Notes: generated by a model from the letters alone, not told the origin. Positions 25,791 to 39,854 are shown, numbered from the whole stretch's first letter. The stretch is 63,223 bases of DNA, filler included, from Sluysia triapertura (GCA_046118255.1; 5 parts of 5 records of this genome joined end to end with filler, not necessarily neighbours in it); one strand, 5' to 3'. Translations and numbers: made by a program.

Positions 25791-27839
25791 AATAAAATTA
25801 TACGTACGCAATATTAAAATTGCTAAAAAGCCTTAACAAAAGTAACTAACGATAATTTTCGAAGTGTAAATCTGAATGTAAGTGTAGATGGACTGAAATT
25901 AGATAGCTTGAATTGAATCTCGAAGATTGATACGAATATATTTTGTGTGTTAGTATGAAAATTTAACGATTTAAACATTAAAAGGTCACTAGTTATTTTA
26001 AACAATAAAAGGTTAAAAGTAGAAACAATTTTTTTGTATTCCAAATAAAAATAATTTAAAAATTTTATTATTAATAAAATTATTACTTACTTTAAAATTT
26101 CCAAACTAATATCAATTATTTAAATTTTTAAATCTAATATCAATTATTGTTACATATCGATAATTAATCTAAAAATAGTTTATTAATACACACTCACATT
26201 AACTTTAAACAACTTTATAAATGTCGATCGATATATTATATAAACTCTTCTTATTTAGACTTAGTTTATACATTGTTAATGTATTGTTCTTTTTGGTGGT
26301 GGTGTTTCGGGGCGCCAGGACCCTTTCTGAGACACGACCTCGGCATGCTACGTTGAGTTCCTCTATTTACTCTTAATAATGATGCACTAATAGCTTACTT
26401 TGTTTAAAATTTAGTTCAATCGAAAATATTTATTTTTTATAAATGAGTAGTAGTATAAATGTTTAATATTATGGCAATTTGTTATGGACGTTGAGTCCTT
26501 TTATTGTATCTGTTCTTATATGTATTCGCTAGTTTTAACTCTATTCAGGATCTCATTCAATCAGAAATATCTATCTATAAAATCGTGAGTTTTATACTCA
26601 TCTCGGTTGTTCGAGACGAAAGTGCCTAACAAAGTGTTTATTCTCCAAAATGGTACAAATTTTATTTAATTAAATTACTGTTTATCTAGCTTTATGAAAT
26701 TTTATTCTACTTTATGAAACTTAATTCGATTTCGTATACATTTTATTTCAACCTATATTTTACTCAATAATTCCTTATTGTAATTTCGTTATTCTATAAT
26801 ACACTGTTTTCAATTCCCAAAGATGAACAAATCAATTACGCAATGTAAATAAAATGAAATTGATTTATCATTCAGACGAAATAAATAAAATAATAATAAT
26901 AAAATTTAACACTCACTGTAAATAAATATGTTACAATTGTTCTACACTGAATGGATTCAATCAGATGATTGTAAATTATAGTTCACAAATGACTTTGTTT
27001 CTGATTTTTGTATTTGCAAATTAGAATCAACGAATAAATTTTGTCTTATGAGTTATTAAGAATCTATCCACAATTTAACTATCCGATCAATTTGATCCAC
27101 AAATATCATACGATTATTCTTGCTAATCTTCACTAATATTTATATACAGCCAAATAAATAATATTGCATTAAATTTTTGATATTTATTAATAATAAATAC
27201 TGGCACTTCATTCTATATATACTTCTATATAATTCTATATATACTTCATTCTACTATATAATTCATTAATTAATTTTTAACCTGAATGATTTGTTTATGT
27301 TAAATTGTTATTTTATTCCATCTCAATTTAAGTTATTCGTTTTGCCATTTCTGTTTTGAGTGTTATTGTTTATTTAAGTTTTATTATTTCAAGATAAATA
27401 CATATATTTTGAATTTGTAGTTTTTTTCAAGTTTTTATACTTGTATATTTATATTTGTGGCCACAAAAGGTATAGAAGCTCCACAAATTGTATGTTTTAA
27501 TGTATATTGAAACTATCACGAGTATATTCTGCCGGGCAGCGAATGGGTGAATAGTAAATTTTTAGTAACACTTTATATATTATTTCACTATTTATTTTAC
27601 TACTGTTAGTCTTGAATTGAAATAAGAAAATATCTCAAAAATACCCTTAAATTAAAGAGTAAACAGAAATGTAAAAAGCGTGAGTGGAACTCATCACACT
27701 TAATTAATGTACAACTTGAAAAAGTTTAATATTACATAGATTAGTGTGGTGAAATCAGTGTTAAAATAATGTTTTTGGACTTAAATGAATCTTAAACTTA
27801 CACTTGTATTAATTTTGATTCGTTTATTTTAATTTTCAG

Positions 27840-27870
27840 ATTGACGAAACGATGATTGAATCTATGGAAG
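27840..27870 (+). CDS. OGA: Probable OGA 31-nt exon (IDETMIESME)
   Basis: tttcag|...G|gtaag; phase 0 to 1, completing Val with the exon at 32233. Confidence 0.65.
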
Positions 27871-28169
27871 GTAAGATTTTTGAACATTAAATTTTATTCT
27901 TAAAATAATTTTAGCTGCGTTTTAATTATAGAAAGTATAACAATAATGTGCATTATCTTTGTGGGAAACGAGTTAACACCTTCTGCACATAGTATTGCTA
28001 GTGTGTGGGAGCCGACAAAACTCGGATGTTATTATAATACATAAATTATTAAAGGTTATCGGATTGGGGTAAAATAGCCCGCATAAAATGTGTTAATTTA
28101 TATTATTCCTGGTAACTTAAACTTAAGTGGTGACCATGCAGGCATGATGAAAATACTAAATAAATATTG

Positions 28170-28945
28170 TATTAGGTTGGTGCATAAATTCGTGCGGTTT
28201 TATTTGTTTCAAAGAAAGCACACCAACTTCATGTTTTAACTGATTTGAGTTATATTCATAATATAGCTGAATTATCTATTTAAATCATTTCAGACTAACT
28301 TTCACTTTCATTACTCTCATTAAAATGGAGTGTCAGGTAAATAAAAATGAACATTTCCGGCATCAACATTTAAACGCTGAAGAAGTCACCAGAATGATTT
28401 GTGGAGAAAAGGCCGTCAGTGAACGAACAGCACAAAAGTGGTTTTCGAAATATAACAGTCGGTCAGGCTGACATAGTGACTTTGAACCAATTGATTCATG
28501 ATGATCCGCGTCAATGCACACCACAATTTCTCGACATCTCAAGAAAATGGGAAAAGTTCGGATCATTGGTACCTCACTTTCTCAAAGAAAGTCACAAAAA
28601 TCAACGTGTTTCGATTTCTGCATCTTAGTCCCAATAGATTTTCATCTTTTCCGCTCCATATTGAACCATCTTTCTGGTCTCATATTTGAAAACGAAGAAA
28701 CAATAATAACGTGGATTGAAGAATTTTCGACTAAAAATCACCAAACTTCTTTAAACGTGGAACTGACAAACTGCCGGAACGGTGGAAGGAAGTGATCGAT
28801 TGTGGCGGAGAATATCTCACCGATTGAAAGACTGAGATATTTGTTTTTTCTAATGATTCATTTTGTTATCTGGAATTTTTTGCATGGTTTTTATTCTTGA
28901 TCAGTATGCATTTTTCATAATTGTAAAAACCGTACGAACTTATTA
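28170..28945 (+). mobile_element. Mariner element, internally deleted
   Basis: TIR TATTAGGTTGGTGCATAAATTCGTGCGGTTT; N-terminus MECQVNKNEHFRH; VSERTAQKWF, DFHLFRS and KLPERWKEVIDCGGEY relics. Confidence 0.9.
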
Positions 28946-31900
28946 TAAATGTTATATTTGGAAAATATTTGATTTTAATATTACAAAACTTAACTGATTT
29001 GGTTAAAATGAAGAAACTTTTCATTGTTACAATCAAATGAAGCAGGTATCTTGTAGAAATAACAATAACAAACGGATTAAAAGAAGCTTGATAATAGTTT
29101 AAACATCATTTTTTGAAAAATCAATCCGTGACTAATGATTATATGGGAAATAGCAAATAAAAACTAGAACAATAAGAAGGTTTGGAAATAGGTGATGGTT
29201 TTTTAAGAATTACCCAATGAAAATTCTTTAATTTTTGAATTTAATGTACGCCTTTAATATTTAAAAAATTACTAAACATAAGCTTAAGATATGTACAATC
29301 GTTTGATTTTGGGTCTTCAGGTAGCATTGGGCATTGATGTTATAATTCCTGTTATATTTAGGCATTTTCAATATTAAATGAAATTCTATTTTATTATACC
29401 AATTCCATTCCATGTGTGTGTGTGTGTGTGTTAAAGTTAATCAGCACACTGTAGAATAAGTCATAATCTTAATTTTATGACAAAAGATTACCAAATAATT
29501 GATATTGATAACAAATATAAGTTATTTCCTATTTTTCCAATAATAATTATTAATAGTAATGTTATTAAAGCACAACTTTAGACATTAATAAGAGATTATA
29601 AAAAATAAAAGATCAAATAATAACGTTTAACACAATTATTAAACGAACTTACTTCAAAACAATAAATGATAAAACGTAATTCCTGTTAAATCATTTATTT
29701 GATGTCTGAACAGTTGTGTTTATCTTATATTTAAATTATCTGAAATGTGTATTGTCTATATAACGTCAGAATCAATAATTTAACGAAAGTTACTTTCTAT
29801 TTAGAGAAAATAAGCTTAATTCAGAACTTTAAATTTAATTTATTAATATTTTTTATTTGATTTGATTTGTCGATGAGTCATTTATATTGATTGAAGAACC
29901 TTTTCTTTTTTATCTCTAAATCACTTAGTTTATCCCGGATGCTGAGTTAATGCTTGTCAAAATGGAAGTGCGAACTAATGTAGTTCAACTTATTACTTTT
30001 GAATCTTATTTTTCAATTCCCGAAAGAAATCAATGATGCTTTAAGTTTAACAAATCTTTATTAGTAGTGCATAAGATTGTAGTAATGAACAAAGCAATCG
30101 AAAAATATAAATATATGAATAATTTATCCACACAAAAGTTTTTGTTTACGTTAAATATTGTTTTTAAATTTTATACTTGCTAAGGGAAACCCTATTTATA
30201 GTAATTTTTTCAATAATAAATTTACATTTTTACTTATTAACAAATCCACATAATATAAATTTAATAACAAATTTATTTAAATCATTCTAATTATAACATA
30301 CATTCAAATAATAATAATAACAATAATAATAGTAGTAATAGCAGTGGTAGCAGTAATTACAATTATAATTACAATAACATTGTCGATGATATACAAAATT
30401 ATTTAATAATAATAGTAATAGTAATGTTGTAGTAATTATTTTAGTACTTATATGTTAATACAAAGATCTTATATATATATCTAAAAATTTTAAATAATAC
30501 CGAGTATTGGCTTAAGCACGATAATCGATAAAAGTCCTTCGGAGAAATTAATAAAATAAATTTTGGTTTTCAAAATTTTGGCACATACATCAGAGCAGAC
30601 TGAGAATTCAGATTTTGATGTTTGCGTGCTGCAGTCAGCTGATCTGACTTCGAGAGTGTTTATTACACATCGCAACGAAAGATACTATCATTTGTGCAAA
30701 TGGTTGTGCAAGTAGTAATTGCCGTAGTAGTAGTGGTAGAAATAGTACTCTTATGCAACGAAAGAAAGTCAAAAATAGGGGGAAATGAAGATAATAAAAC
30801 AATGAAATAACAAGCAGTTGTTCGATCTATTATGTAATTTTTGCATGAATAGCGTAAACCTTGCAATCAACTATTGTACATTCTGTAGAGTATTTTGTAA
30901 TATATTAATATAGTATTTTGTCTTATTTATTATCCTTTCTCGATTTTCATTTTAATTGAATTTGTATTTCTAGTATCGATTTCTTCAGAAATACTTTCAA
31001 TAGAATTATTTTCGTTGATGTTTTGATCTGCTCCATTTGATTTCACTGTTAATTCATCTGAAGTCGTCATAAATATTCAAACATTTTAAACATCAACTCA
31101 AAATTACATAAGAAATTTTTGGAATACCTTCTAATTTTTAAATTAATTCTATATTTTTATTTTCCAAATATTTATATTACTTAATATTGATTGCAAAGAT
31201 TATGCAATAAATCGAAAAACCTTATAACAATATTTTTAACAGCAATGTTAAATTTTCGATTATTGTTGTCATGATTATGTGAGGTGACAAATGCTTCCTT
31301 TTTATGTGTTATTTGTTAATTTTGATAAATATGTTAGGTTTTGTTTGTTCAAGAATTTGTTTATCAAGATTATGTTTCGAGATTGGGTTTACTGCAATTT
31401 ACTTGTAAGAATCGTAATGACCTTTAGGAGTACAATTTCGCTGTATATGGCGTTTAGAAGGTGCCTCAAAATAAGGTTTTTTTTGTAGTATCCATCAAAA
31501 TCGCCTATAAACTTAAATTTCTTATTAGAAACATTCTTGAACTGCTTAACACAGTACTTAAAGTCAGTAGACATTTTTAAAATGGAATTTTTATTTTCCT
31601 AACTCGGGTACCCAATTCACAAAATATGAAGTAAATTTAATTTTTACGACTACGACAATTAAGAATGCTAAAGTCCTGTCATCGAAACCTCTTTGCATGC
31701 AGCGTTTCGTTAGATAAACTTACTTTAGATTTCCACAAATTCTGCTTTTTCATCGGCAATCTACTTCATGTCCCTTAAATACACAGCACTTTTCATGTGA
31801 ACAAGACTTCAATATTGATCGTACTTTATTCGCATAGTACTATTCCGAATACGAAACAGTGTAATTAATACGTAAAAATAAAAATACGTTCAGATATATA

Positions 31901-32167
31901 CAAAATACAAAACTGTAAAACTTATGTAAATAAAAGTACAATAATAATAGCAATAATAACTACAATAATGATAATAATATAACCATAATGGCAAAATGGT
32001 TATGTTATAAAAATTCATATTTGGGGGATTACACAATAGAGTGTAAAAGGTATTGTGAGATAGTGAGTGTTGAACATGATTTGGTCTGTTTCTGACTTAA
32101 TAAAATTATCGGTAATAATATGGGCCACCATCAAGGTATATCCAAAAAACAGGATGTTCATGTTTAG

Positions 32168-32168
<1 letters not shown>

Positions 32169-32230
<62 letters not shown>
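32169..32230. repeat. (TTA)n microsatellite abutting an OGA splice acceptor
   Basis: Directly visible; gives the false poly-Leu in ORF 32067. Confidence 0.95.
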
Positions 32231-32231
<1 letters not shown>

Positions 32232-32232
32232 G

Positions 32233-32624
32233 TGTCAAATGATACAACAGAGTCAGCTTCTAATAATCCAGCATCAAATGCCGCCACAATCGATTCCAAA
32301 GACGAAAGAGAATTAGTTAAAGATCCTTCATCATTAGAGTTAGACGGAATAAATGCTGGAACAAATAATATATTGTCTGAAAAGGATATATTAACAGCAG
32401 ATAATTTGAAATTGTTGGTTGATTTGTACTATTTGCCATATGAACATGGAGAACAGGGTATACAAATGTTAGAACTGGTTCATTGGTTAAGATCGCATGC
32501 ACATTTGGTTGATAGAGATGGTATTGATGATAACGGTGTTGCAGAATCAGAATCACAAGTTATTAATGGAAATAGTGAAGATCCGGCTGCTTCTGCTTTA
32601 CCATGTGAAGTGCAACGAGGATCG
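32233..32624 (+). CDS. OGA: O-GlcNAcase stalk-domain exon
   Basis: LTADNLKLLVDLYYLPYEHGEQG...WLRSHA matches the OGA L.DLFYLPYEHG motif; donor TCG|gttaga (end less certain). Confidence 0.9.
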
Positions 32625-33989
32625 GTTAGAATCGTCGATTTTATTTTTATTGAATAATCCAAAAAATATTAACTATAACGGAATGGGTTATTTGAAAAAA
32701 CTAATTTTTGAAATATATTTGCACTTTATCATTTTCTTTTCTGATAAGTATACTAAACTTGTTATAAAATATAATAACATATGATAATATATCAACTGTT
32801 TTAATAATATTTTTAGGTATGTATTGCGAAATTTTTGGAATCAGTTTAAAACATGAATATGTAAGTATTTTAAAATTATTTTATTGCTTGCGTATTGGTT
32901 TGATTCTAAAAATTTGAACAAGGCTTTTGGTTCATAGAAGACCATTTCCATATTTAAGCATCAAAAATTGTGACAATGTTTTATATGGCTTATGCGATCT
33001 TGATATCTATTTTTAGTAGTAATTTTAAGAAAAACGATGAATGATATAATATATGACGTCATTCATTCTATATCATGAATGCAATTTTATGAATCAATAG
33101 AACTACAATAAATGTCATAATTTGGATGGATTTTGTCAATTATATGAAATGTTTAAAATCATAGTAAAGAGAAGCTATGTTAAAATTAGAAATTGTATTT
33201 ATTTTTCACGATACACATACTGAAACAATATGATACTCAGAAATTTTAAACTAAATCAATTTTTCATCGCTTTTTCTAATGGATCTTTTGGATTTCAATT
33301 TGCGATTTTTTGAGAATCAATTGTGAGTATTGAATGACGTGGACCTTCCAAGCTTAGGATTTACGATGAGGCTTAGATCTTTTGTACCAATTTTGTAACA
33401 ACATCTTCACATCTTTTGTAGTTTCGATTGCTCTGAATTTAACAATAGTATGAATATTTAAACAATTCTCTTTTTGTTTTAATTGCAAGACCTACATAAA
33501 AAAAAGTAAATCCTGATTAAACAATATGATCATCAATATTCAAAAGCGCCTAAAATAAATTGTTCATCATAATATTTCTGAGATAAAAAGAATTTGTCTT
33601 TTAAATATTCATAATATTTAATAATAATAATACTTGATTGTGTATTTTCCAAACATAAATTGTATGAAATAGATCACCTGCTCCTTATCAGTATGTATTT
33701 TGCATAAATGGTTGTATATCTTAAAAACATTTTGGTTTCCGAATTTTATAATTATTTCCAAATGAATAAATTGTGTCTAAAGTTATATAAAACAAAATTA
33801 ATTCTTACATAGAAGAGATTGGCCATATAATAGAATTAATTATGGAGAAGATAATATTCGAAAAATAAACAATGTTCACTAATCTTTATTTGACGATCTT
33901 CAGTTTTAAATTGAAAAACAAAATATTTGGTATTATGTTTCAAACAATGGAAATTTTACTTATATTGATTTTTATTTATACCTTAATTT

Positions 33990-34745
33990 TGATAAACAAC
34001 ACTACGTTATCATGGAGAGCGACAGTGAAGAGAAGGATATTCAGACAGTGGCTACTCGACTTCAGTTCCAAGTTCGGAATCTGAATCTGAAAATGAAGAT
34101 CAGTCTGAATTAGACGAATGGATTGTGTAAATCAGAACCATTTGAATATATCGAAAATTCTTTAGTAAATAACGAAAATTTATCATGTACGGCTTTTCAG
34201 TTACTTTCGATGATGAGTTCATTGAAGAAATTGTAGACGAGACAAATTTGTTTTCGATATAACACCGTCACACACTTCAAATCAATTATACATAAGACTA
34301 TCGAAAATGTGAATTTTTTGCAATCATTGACTGTGAACGTTACATATAAGCCATAAAAGAAAATGTATCAGTCAAAAAAATGTATCTCAATTCCAATCTT
34401 TGCAAATCATTGTCATATAGAAGATATATGGTTTTGAAAAGATATTTACATTTTACGAATAACAAATATAATCCGGCAACACTCAATAAGATAAAGTTTC
34501 AACTTACATATATACCTGAACGGGATATAATGCGTTGGAAACAATGAAACGCGTTAGATTTATACCCCGAAGTGAATTTCTAAATTTACCTCATTCTTCA
34601 GAAGTTGTAATGAGTTGTAACGGGATACTGTTTAACAATTGACAATAGTTATATTCTGTTGAATTGACCGATTCACTTACATAGTATCATGTTCATACTT
34701 GTGGGACTGCAAGGTCACAAAGAAGAGGCTTGCTCAATAAAGTTC
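33990..34745 (+). mobile_element. Decayed piggyBac transposase
   Basis: Acidic N-terminus, IVDETNLF, KRYLHFTNN, YIPERDI, LTIDNSY, TCGTARSQRRGL; many stops. Confidence 0.75.
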
Positions 34746-35919
34746 ATTCAAGATATATAAAAGTATATTGAAAACAAAGACCAATGGCAGTAAACAAAAT
34801 TCCCAATATAAATCATACATTCACGACGTTATTCAATAAGCCATTCAATAATAACGTTACTCTAAACAAATCTTCAAACTCAAACAATTTATATCTTATA
34901 TAACATTAAAATGACGTCACAACTTAATTCATTATATTAACTTCTTATCCACACGTTTTTAGATCACAAAATGACGACATTTCACAATGCATTAACCAAA
35001 CTCATAAACAGATGCAAAATCCAAATGCCAAATACAAAAGGACTTAATAGTGAAGTGTAAACACCTTTTAACCCACAAACATTCAGCAAAACTTGTAATC
35101 TTAATCACTTTCAAATAATTCTCCATCTATCCTGTACTTTACGTATTTAACAATGGAATATCTTATAACTTTTACACTCAATAATTCGTATAAGATCATG
35201 AAAGTATAGAAATTAAAAGTTATATAAAGTAGAGGAAATAGACAATGAGTTAAAAATATTGATCCTGAAAATATTTTATCTTTTAGTGAGTTTATGTTAA
35301 TCTATTATTACTATAAATTTTGTTGTAACATTATTTATATATTTGCTTCTCATTAATATAACCTTGTGCACTATGCGCTTCGTATCAAACAGTAAACATT
35401 TAGTAAAGTTAATCAAATAGATATAAAACAAAAATTCTTTTTGTAATACAGTTAAATATTAATGAAACTGAAAATGAAACACCTACCAGAACGAATTAAT
35501 TTCGTAAGTAGAGGTTAAGTTTTTCTGCGTTTTTTGAAAAGACCATTTTTAAATTATCAAAATTCTTTAAAAATGAAAAACCTGATGTTTTTATTCAATT
35601 TTTGTAAAAATTGTTCAAGAGTGTGCTTAATAGAGTTACTCATAAATCTCTGTTGGTGTACCAAAACTAATATCAGGAGTTACTCAGCCCACTTTTGAAT
35701 TAACGAACTCAATATTAAATTACAATATTGCATCATTTTCTTGAAAATCTTGAAATACATAAATATTAGCATTTCATTGTACTTCAATTTTTCTCTTGAT
35801 AAATTCATAGAAAGGTACAATATTCATGATCAACATAATAAAATGCTGCTAATAATTATGTATTTTCAAGAAACGAACGAAAGTGAAATTTATTCTTAAG
35901 TATACATTGTATATACCAG

Positions 35920-36094
35920 ATGTCCCAGTGGCGAATGAAAGCTGCCGAATTTCATGGAAGAGTTCAACAAGTCCGCGACTTGATCAATCGGTTTTGTTGC
36001 ATCACCAATAAAGCAGTCTTATCAGATTTCTATTCATATTTGCAAGATATGCGACATATTCTTGAATCACTGGATTCTTATATCAAGTGGCTAG
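35920..36094 (+). CDS. OGA: O-GlcNAcase exon
   Basis: MSQWRMKAAEF...NKAVLSDFYSYLQDM...SYIKWL matches OGA W...A..F / N...L.D.Y.Y..D / ..WL; phase 0 to 1. Confidence 0.9.
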
Positions 36095-36403
36095 GTTAGG
36101 TTAACATTAAAAAAGAATAATACTCATTGTAGGAAGTAAATAAAAGTAAAATAAATAGAGTTCATACTTAGAAATTTATACTTTTTTATATCATCGCTAA
36201 ATTAATAATTAAGAAAGCTTTGTTATCTTTCCATTCCAATAAAAGTGCCATTACATTAATAACAAAGTTATAATATTAATTATAAAATTGAAAATAATAG
36301 CAACTTATTCGAGTACTTATATAATGTAGGATCGATGAAAATTATAATGAATCTAATAATTTAAAAATAGCATTTATTATTATCATTATCATTATTATTA
36401 TAG

Positions 36404-36457
36404 AATCGGCTAAGATTACTTACAAAAACGTTTGTGCTCTAAGAAGATTGTTATCAT
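36404..36457 (+). CDS. OGA: O-GlcNAcase 54-nt symmetric exon (ESAKITYKNVCALRRLLS)
   Basis: tag|...T|gtaagt; phase 1 to 1; creates Trp with the next exon. Confidence 0.65.
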
Positions 36458-37399
36458 GTAAGTAATTGTTAATTTTGCAGTTTTAAAAATAATATAATGA
36501 TTATTTGGTATTTGTTATACTTTGGATTTTTATTTATTTTTTAAATATTTATGTATAATTTTAATTAATTCTGCTATGGTTTTTCTTGACTCTTAACCTA
36601 CGACAAAATATTTTTCAGAATGGTCCGCTTACAGTAAATAGGACGTTTCTGTACTATTTATCTAAACTCAAATATTATATGGTTAGAGTCTTATGATCGC
36701 TCAAAGGTATTATTTCAATAATTTATTAAACACAAAAGTATTAATTTTTATTCAAAAAACACAAAATTCTTAAACTGCTAAAGTAACAGAATGAGAAAGC
36801 AAAAGTAGTTAGTTTAATCAAGTGCTAATATATTTTGAGTGGAGTGTTTACCCCTCAATATATCGGGACTTAAAAAACTTTATAATTTAATATATAATTG
36901 CACAGGATGAGAAATCAAAAATATTTTTTTTTAAAGTCGATAATGAAGGTTGTTTCCTCAATTTGTTAGACATTACAAATTTTTAAATATCTATTCTCTC
37001 TTCTCTATATACAAAGTGTAGTTTAAATTCGTAGAAAATATCATTAATAATTCTTAATTCGGCCATGAATTTGTCAAACATGATAGTGATAACCTGTTAT
37101 ATATATTTATACATAAAACAAAATTTTGGCAATGTTGATATAAATGTTTAATTGAAACCTTAATTGAAACTGCTAATCATGAAGGTACACTTTGTCGAAC
37201 TTTACTAATGTAAAGTAAAATAAGATTCTCTGGTGTTTCTTTCTTAACTATATTAAAGATTACATTCCATATCTTTTAAGATTTTTTCATCATCTAAACG
37301 ATCTATGAATGTTTACTTCTATCGACTTTATCGCTGTTAGTATCGTCATCGATGATCTCTGAAACTGTATTTTCGACAATATTGTTAGACTTCATAAAA

Positions 37400-37472
37400 T
37401 GGACTGATCGGGGATCGAACCCGGGACCTCTCGCTGCACAGTTCGATGCTCTACCACTGAGCTATCAAACCC
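37400..37472 (-). pseudogene. tRNA-like sequence with corrupted anticodon arm (tRNA pseudogene or tRNA-derived repeat)
   Basis: A box TAGCTCAGTGG, B box GGTTCGATCC, D and T arms, imperfect acceptor stem, TTTT immediately 3'; T-arm resembles tRNA-Ala. Confidence 0.75.
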
Positions 37473-37734
37473 ATCTAACAACTTTAGATTATTATAGTCA
37501 ATTATACCAAATGGCACTTTAGGCCTGTATCACAACAATATGTTGATCTACCGGATTAGGAAAAATCTTTATTAATTTGTAAGTTTTCCCGAAATTGGGT
37601 TTTATTCATTCAAAAAGTTTCCCGTTTATTAAATAATGGAAAAATTGAGAAAAGTGAGGTTTTCTCCAAATGGGGTCGCACTATATTATTATTATTATCA
37701 TTATCATTATTATTATTATTACTAATCATTCCAG

Positions 37735-37820
37735 GGTGTACACCCGGTTACAAAGAAATGTTTACTGGTGATGATTATGAGTCATGGATGTTTCGTGGAG
37801 GATTGATTGCTGAATTTCAG
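37735..37820 (+). CDS. OGA: O-GlcNAcase exon
   Basis: WCTPGYKEMFTGDDYESWMFRGGLIAEFQ matches the OGA E.W.FRGGL..EFQ motif. Confidence 0.92.
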
Positions 37821-37862
37821 GTTATTCTTATTATTTTAAATATTTTCTATAATTATCTTTAG

Positions 37863-38281
37863 AGAATGTTTCCAATTGACAATGCTTATGATATCTATCC
37901 AGTAAGAGCTTCTTTCATAATATACAATCAGTCAGATTTTTCTGTTAATACATTATTGTCTCCTGATTCAACAAGTGTTATGTCAGCCACTCAGTATTCT
38001 GGATCTACTACTGTTCCTAGTAAAACTGTTTCTACTATTCTCGTGGAACAGTCCATAAATATTCCACCAACTCCTAGCATTATTCAACGTGCTGCTCCTT
38101 CTTTAGCTCGATCTACATCATACAATGTACGTCCATATTCATCAAGTACTGATCGTGACGCCATTTATTCACTTTGCTTCCACTTGATAACTAGTAGAAT
38201 CACTCAGACTATGGGTCATGTTAATATTGATTGGCAGAATTGGTTTGATAATGAACTACTTCTCAGTTTACCTGGTGATAG
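37863..38281 (+). CDS. OGA: O-GlcNAcase exon, start of the pseudo-HAT domain
   Basis: RMFPID...YNVRPYSSSTDRDAIYSLC...LPGDR; 42-nt intron before it; AG|gttcgt donor; gene continues beyond the contig. Confidence 0.88.
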
Positions 38282-38793
38282 GTTCGTTTTTACAAATTTT
38301 TATTTGCTATTTATTCTGAACCGTTTTACTCGGTACTTTCAAGAAGTATTCGTTGTAAGTATACATTATGCACTGTTGCGTACTTCAAATATGGAAATAT
38401 AGTGACGGACTAGGGAGTAAGTCGAGCTTTAGAAATAAAAATCAAGTAATGAAAATTGTTTATGTATAAACAATGATTAAAGACTCGATAGTTGCATAAG
38501 TGATGAAACCACGCATTATAGTTAAGTATGATGAAATCAACGTGAATATGTAGAGCAAGAAGTTAAACATGTAGAGTAGGGTAAGTTTGCTTTTGCACAA
38601 ACTATGGCGACAATTAAATATACATCTGAGTGAGCTAAGTTGTGTGACATATTAATATTTACCGTAAGCAAGCCACGTTGTAAATTTTCTCATCAAGTAA
38701 GTTTATTTCAATTTTATTATAATTTTCTGGATATGTTTGGTAGTTAATCTTGCAAGTAAATTATTGATAAAATTATGTTTCATATTAAACATA

Positions 38794-38893
38794 NNNNNNN
38801 NNNNNNNNNNNNNNNNNNNNNNNNNNNNNNNNNNNNNTTAATTAATTAANNNNNNNNNNNNNNNNNNNNNNNNNNNNNNNNNNNNNNNNNNNN
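38794..38893. other. Artificial contig spacer
   Basis: Same block. Confidence 0.98.
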
Positions 38894-39429
38894 ATTTGTC
38901 GGTTGTGCGTGACTGTTTTCGGTCTGTTTGTGTGTCTTGTTTACTGGTGTTCAATTATTTTTTAATGGGCCCTGTAGTACATTTTCGTTCTTATACAACA
39001 TTTTATTTGTCTATTAAATATGTATCAAAATATAAAATTTTTAGTTGTTATTTTGAATTTAGTTCTTTAATTAATTTAAATTTTCAATATATCAAATTTT
39101 TAAAAGACCTTAAGTCTTTTTTTTCATTAATTTCGAAATTCTCTTTAAAGATAATCGTAAATAAAAGATTTAAATTAAACGCCCATCATTACTGGCCATC
39201 ACAGATGGCAAGCACAAAAACAAAATTATTTTTTATAAGTTATCTTTTTTGATAGAAATGAATTAAAATTTATTAATCTACACTTAATTTATAATTTATG
39301 ATATAAATTTGTAGTACTGAATACCTATTTTGGTATGTTAACTAGAACCGTCAAATTATGCATTTTATTATTAAAATATCGCATGAATTCTCTCGAAGTA
39401 TATAAAGATGCACATTAGATAAAATTTTT

Positions 39430-39842
39430 TGCGTATCCAGTCTCGCTTTTTGCATGTTGTTGCCGTCGCAGCGCTGGAATCAGGCGACAAACTGCATTAG
39501 TCATTTTTGTTAAACCGTCGTCTTTGATGGATTAGTCAAGCTCTACTGTTGAAATTAACTAAATATGAACAATATATTAAATCTTTATCATCTTGTGTAC
39601 AGCAACAAAAATCACATTAAAAAGAATTGTTAATTTTGTTTCTAGCATATTGCTTTTTCTAAACCTTGATTAATAAAAAATTGTTTAAAGAAGAATTTCT
39701 TTTATTTTTTTATTTAATTATATTTACATTTGGTTTCACCACGCTACCATTTCGAATGAAATTTTATTGTGGCACGTTACCTATTTAAAAAAGAATTTTT
39801 TTGACTTTGCGGCACAGACATCAAAAAGGTTCGCCATTCCTG
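39430..39842 (+). mobile_element. hAT (Charlie/Buster-type) 3' end
   Basis: Transposase C-terminus LLKLTKYEQYIKSLSSCVQQQKSH* (stop 39618-39620); terminal AGGTTCGCCATTCCTG followed by TTCTATAA (nnnTAnnn). Confidence 0.75.
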
Positions 39843-39854
39843 TTCTATAATAAT

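Noticed and set aside
27973-28096. TTAA-CAC...GTG-TTAA mini piggyBac
   Set aside because: Inverted repeat too short and imperfect to support
29870-29900. Hammerhead ribozyme-like GATGAG-stem-GAA (also CTGATGA at 5821 and 41446)
   Set aside because: Core incomplete; stems I and III not found
30490-31620. Coding-like minus-strand fragments in an OGA intron
   Set aside because: Multiple stops, no motifs and no consistent splice chain
32067-32232. Poly-Leu signal-like N-terminus of ORF 32067, and poly-Asn ORF 32015-32299
   Set aside because: Translations of an intronic (TTA)n microsatellite; the true exon starts at 32233
37400-37472. Functional tRNA-His(GTG) or tRNA-Ala
   Set aside because: Anticodon stem forms only 3 bp; mismatches in the acceptor and T stems
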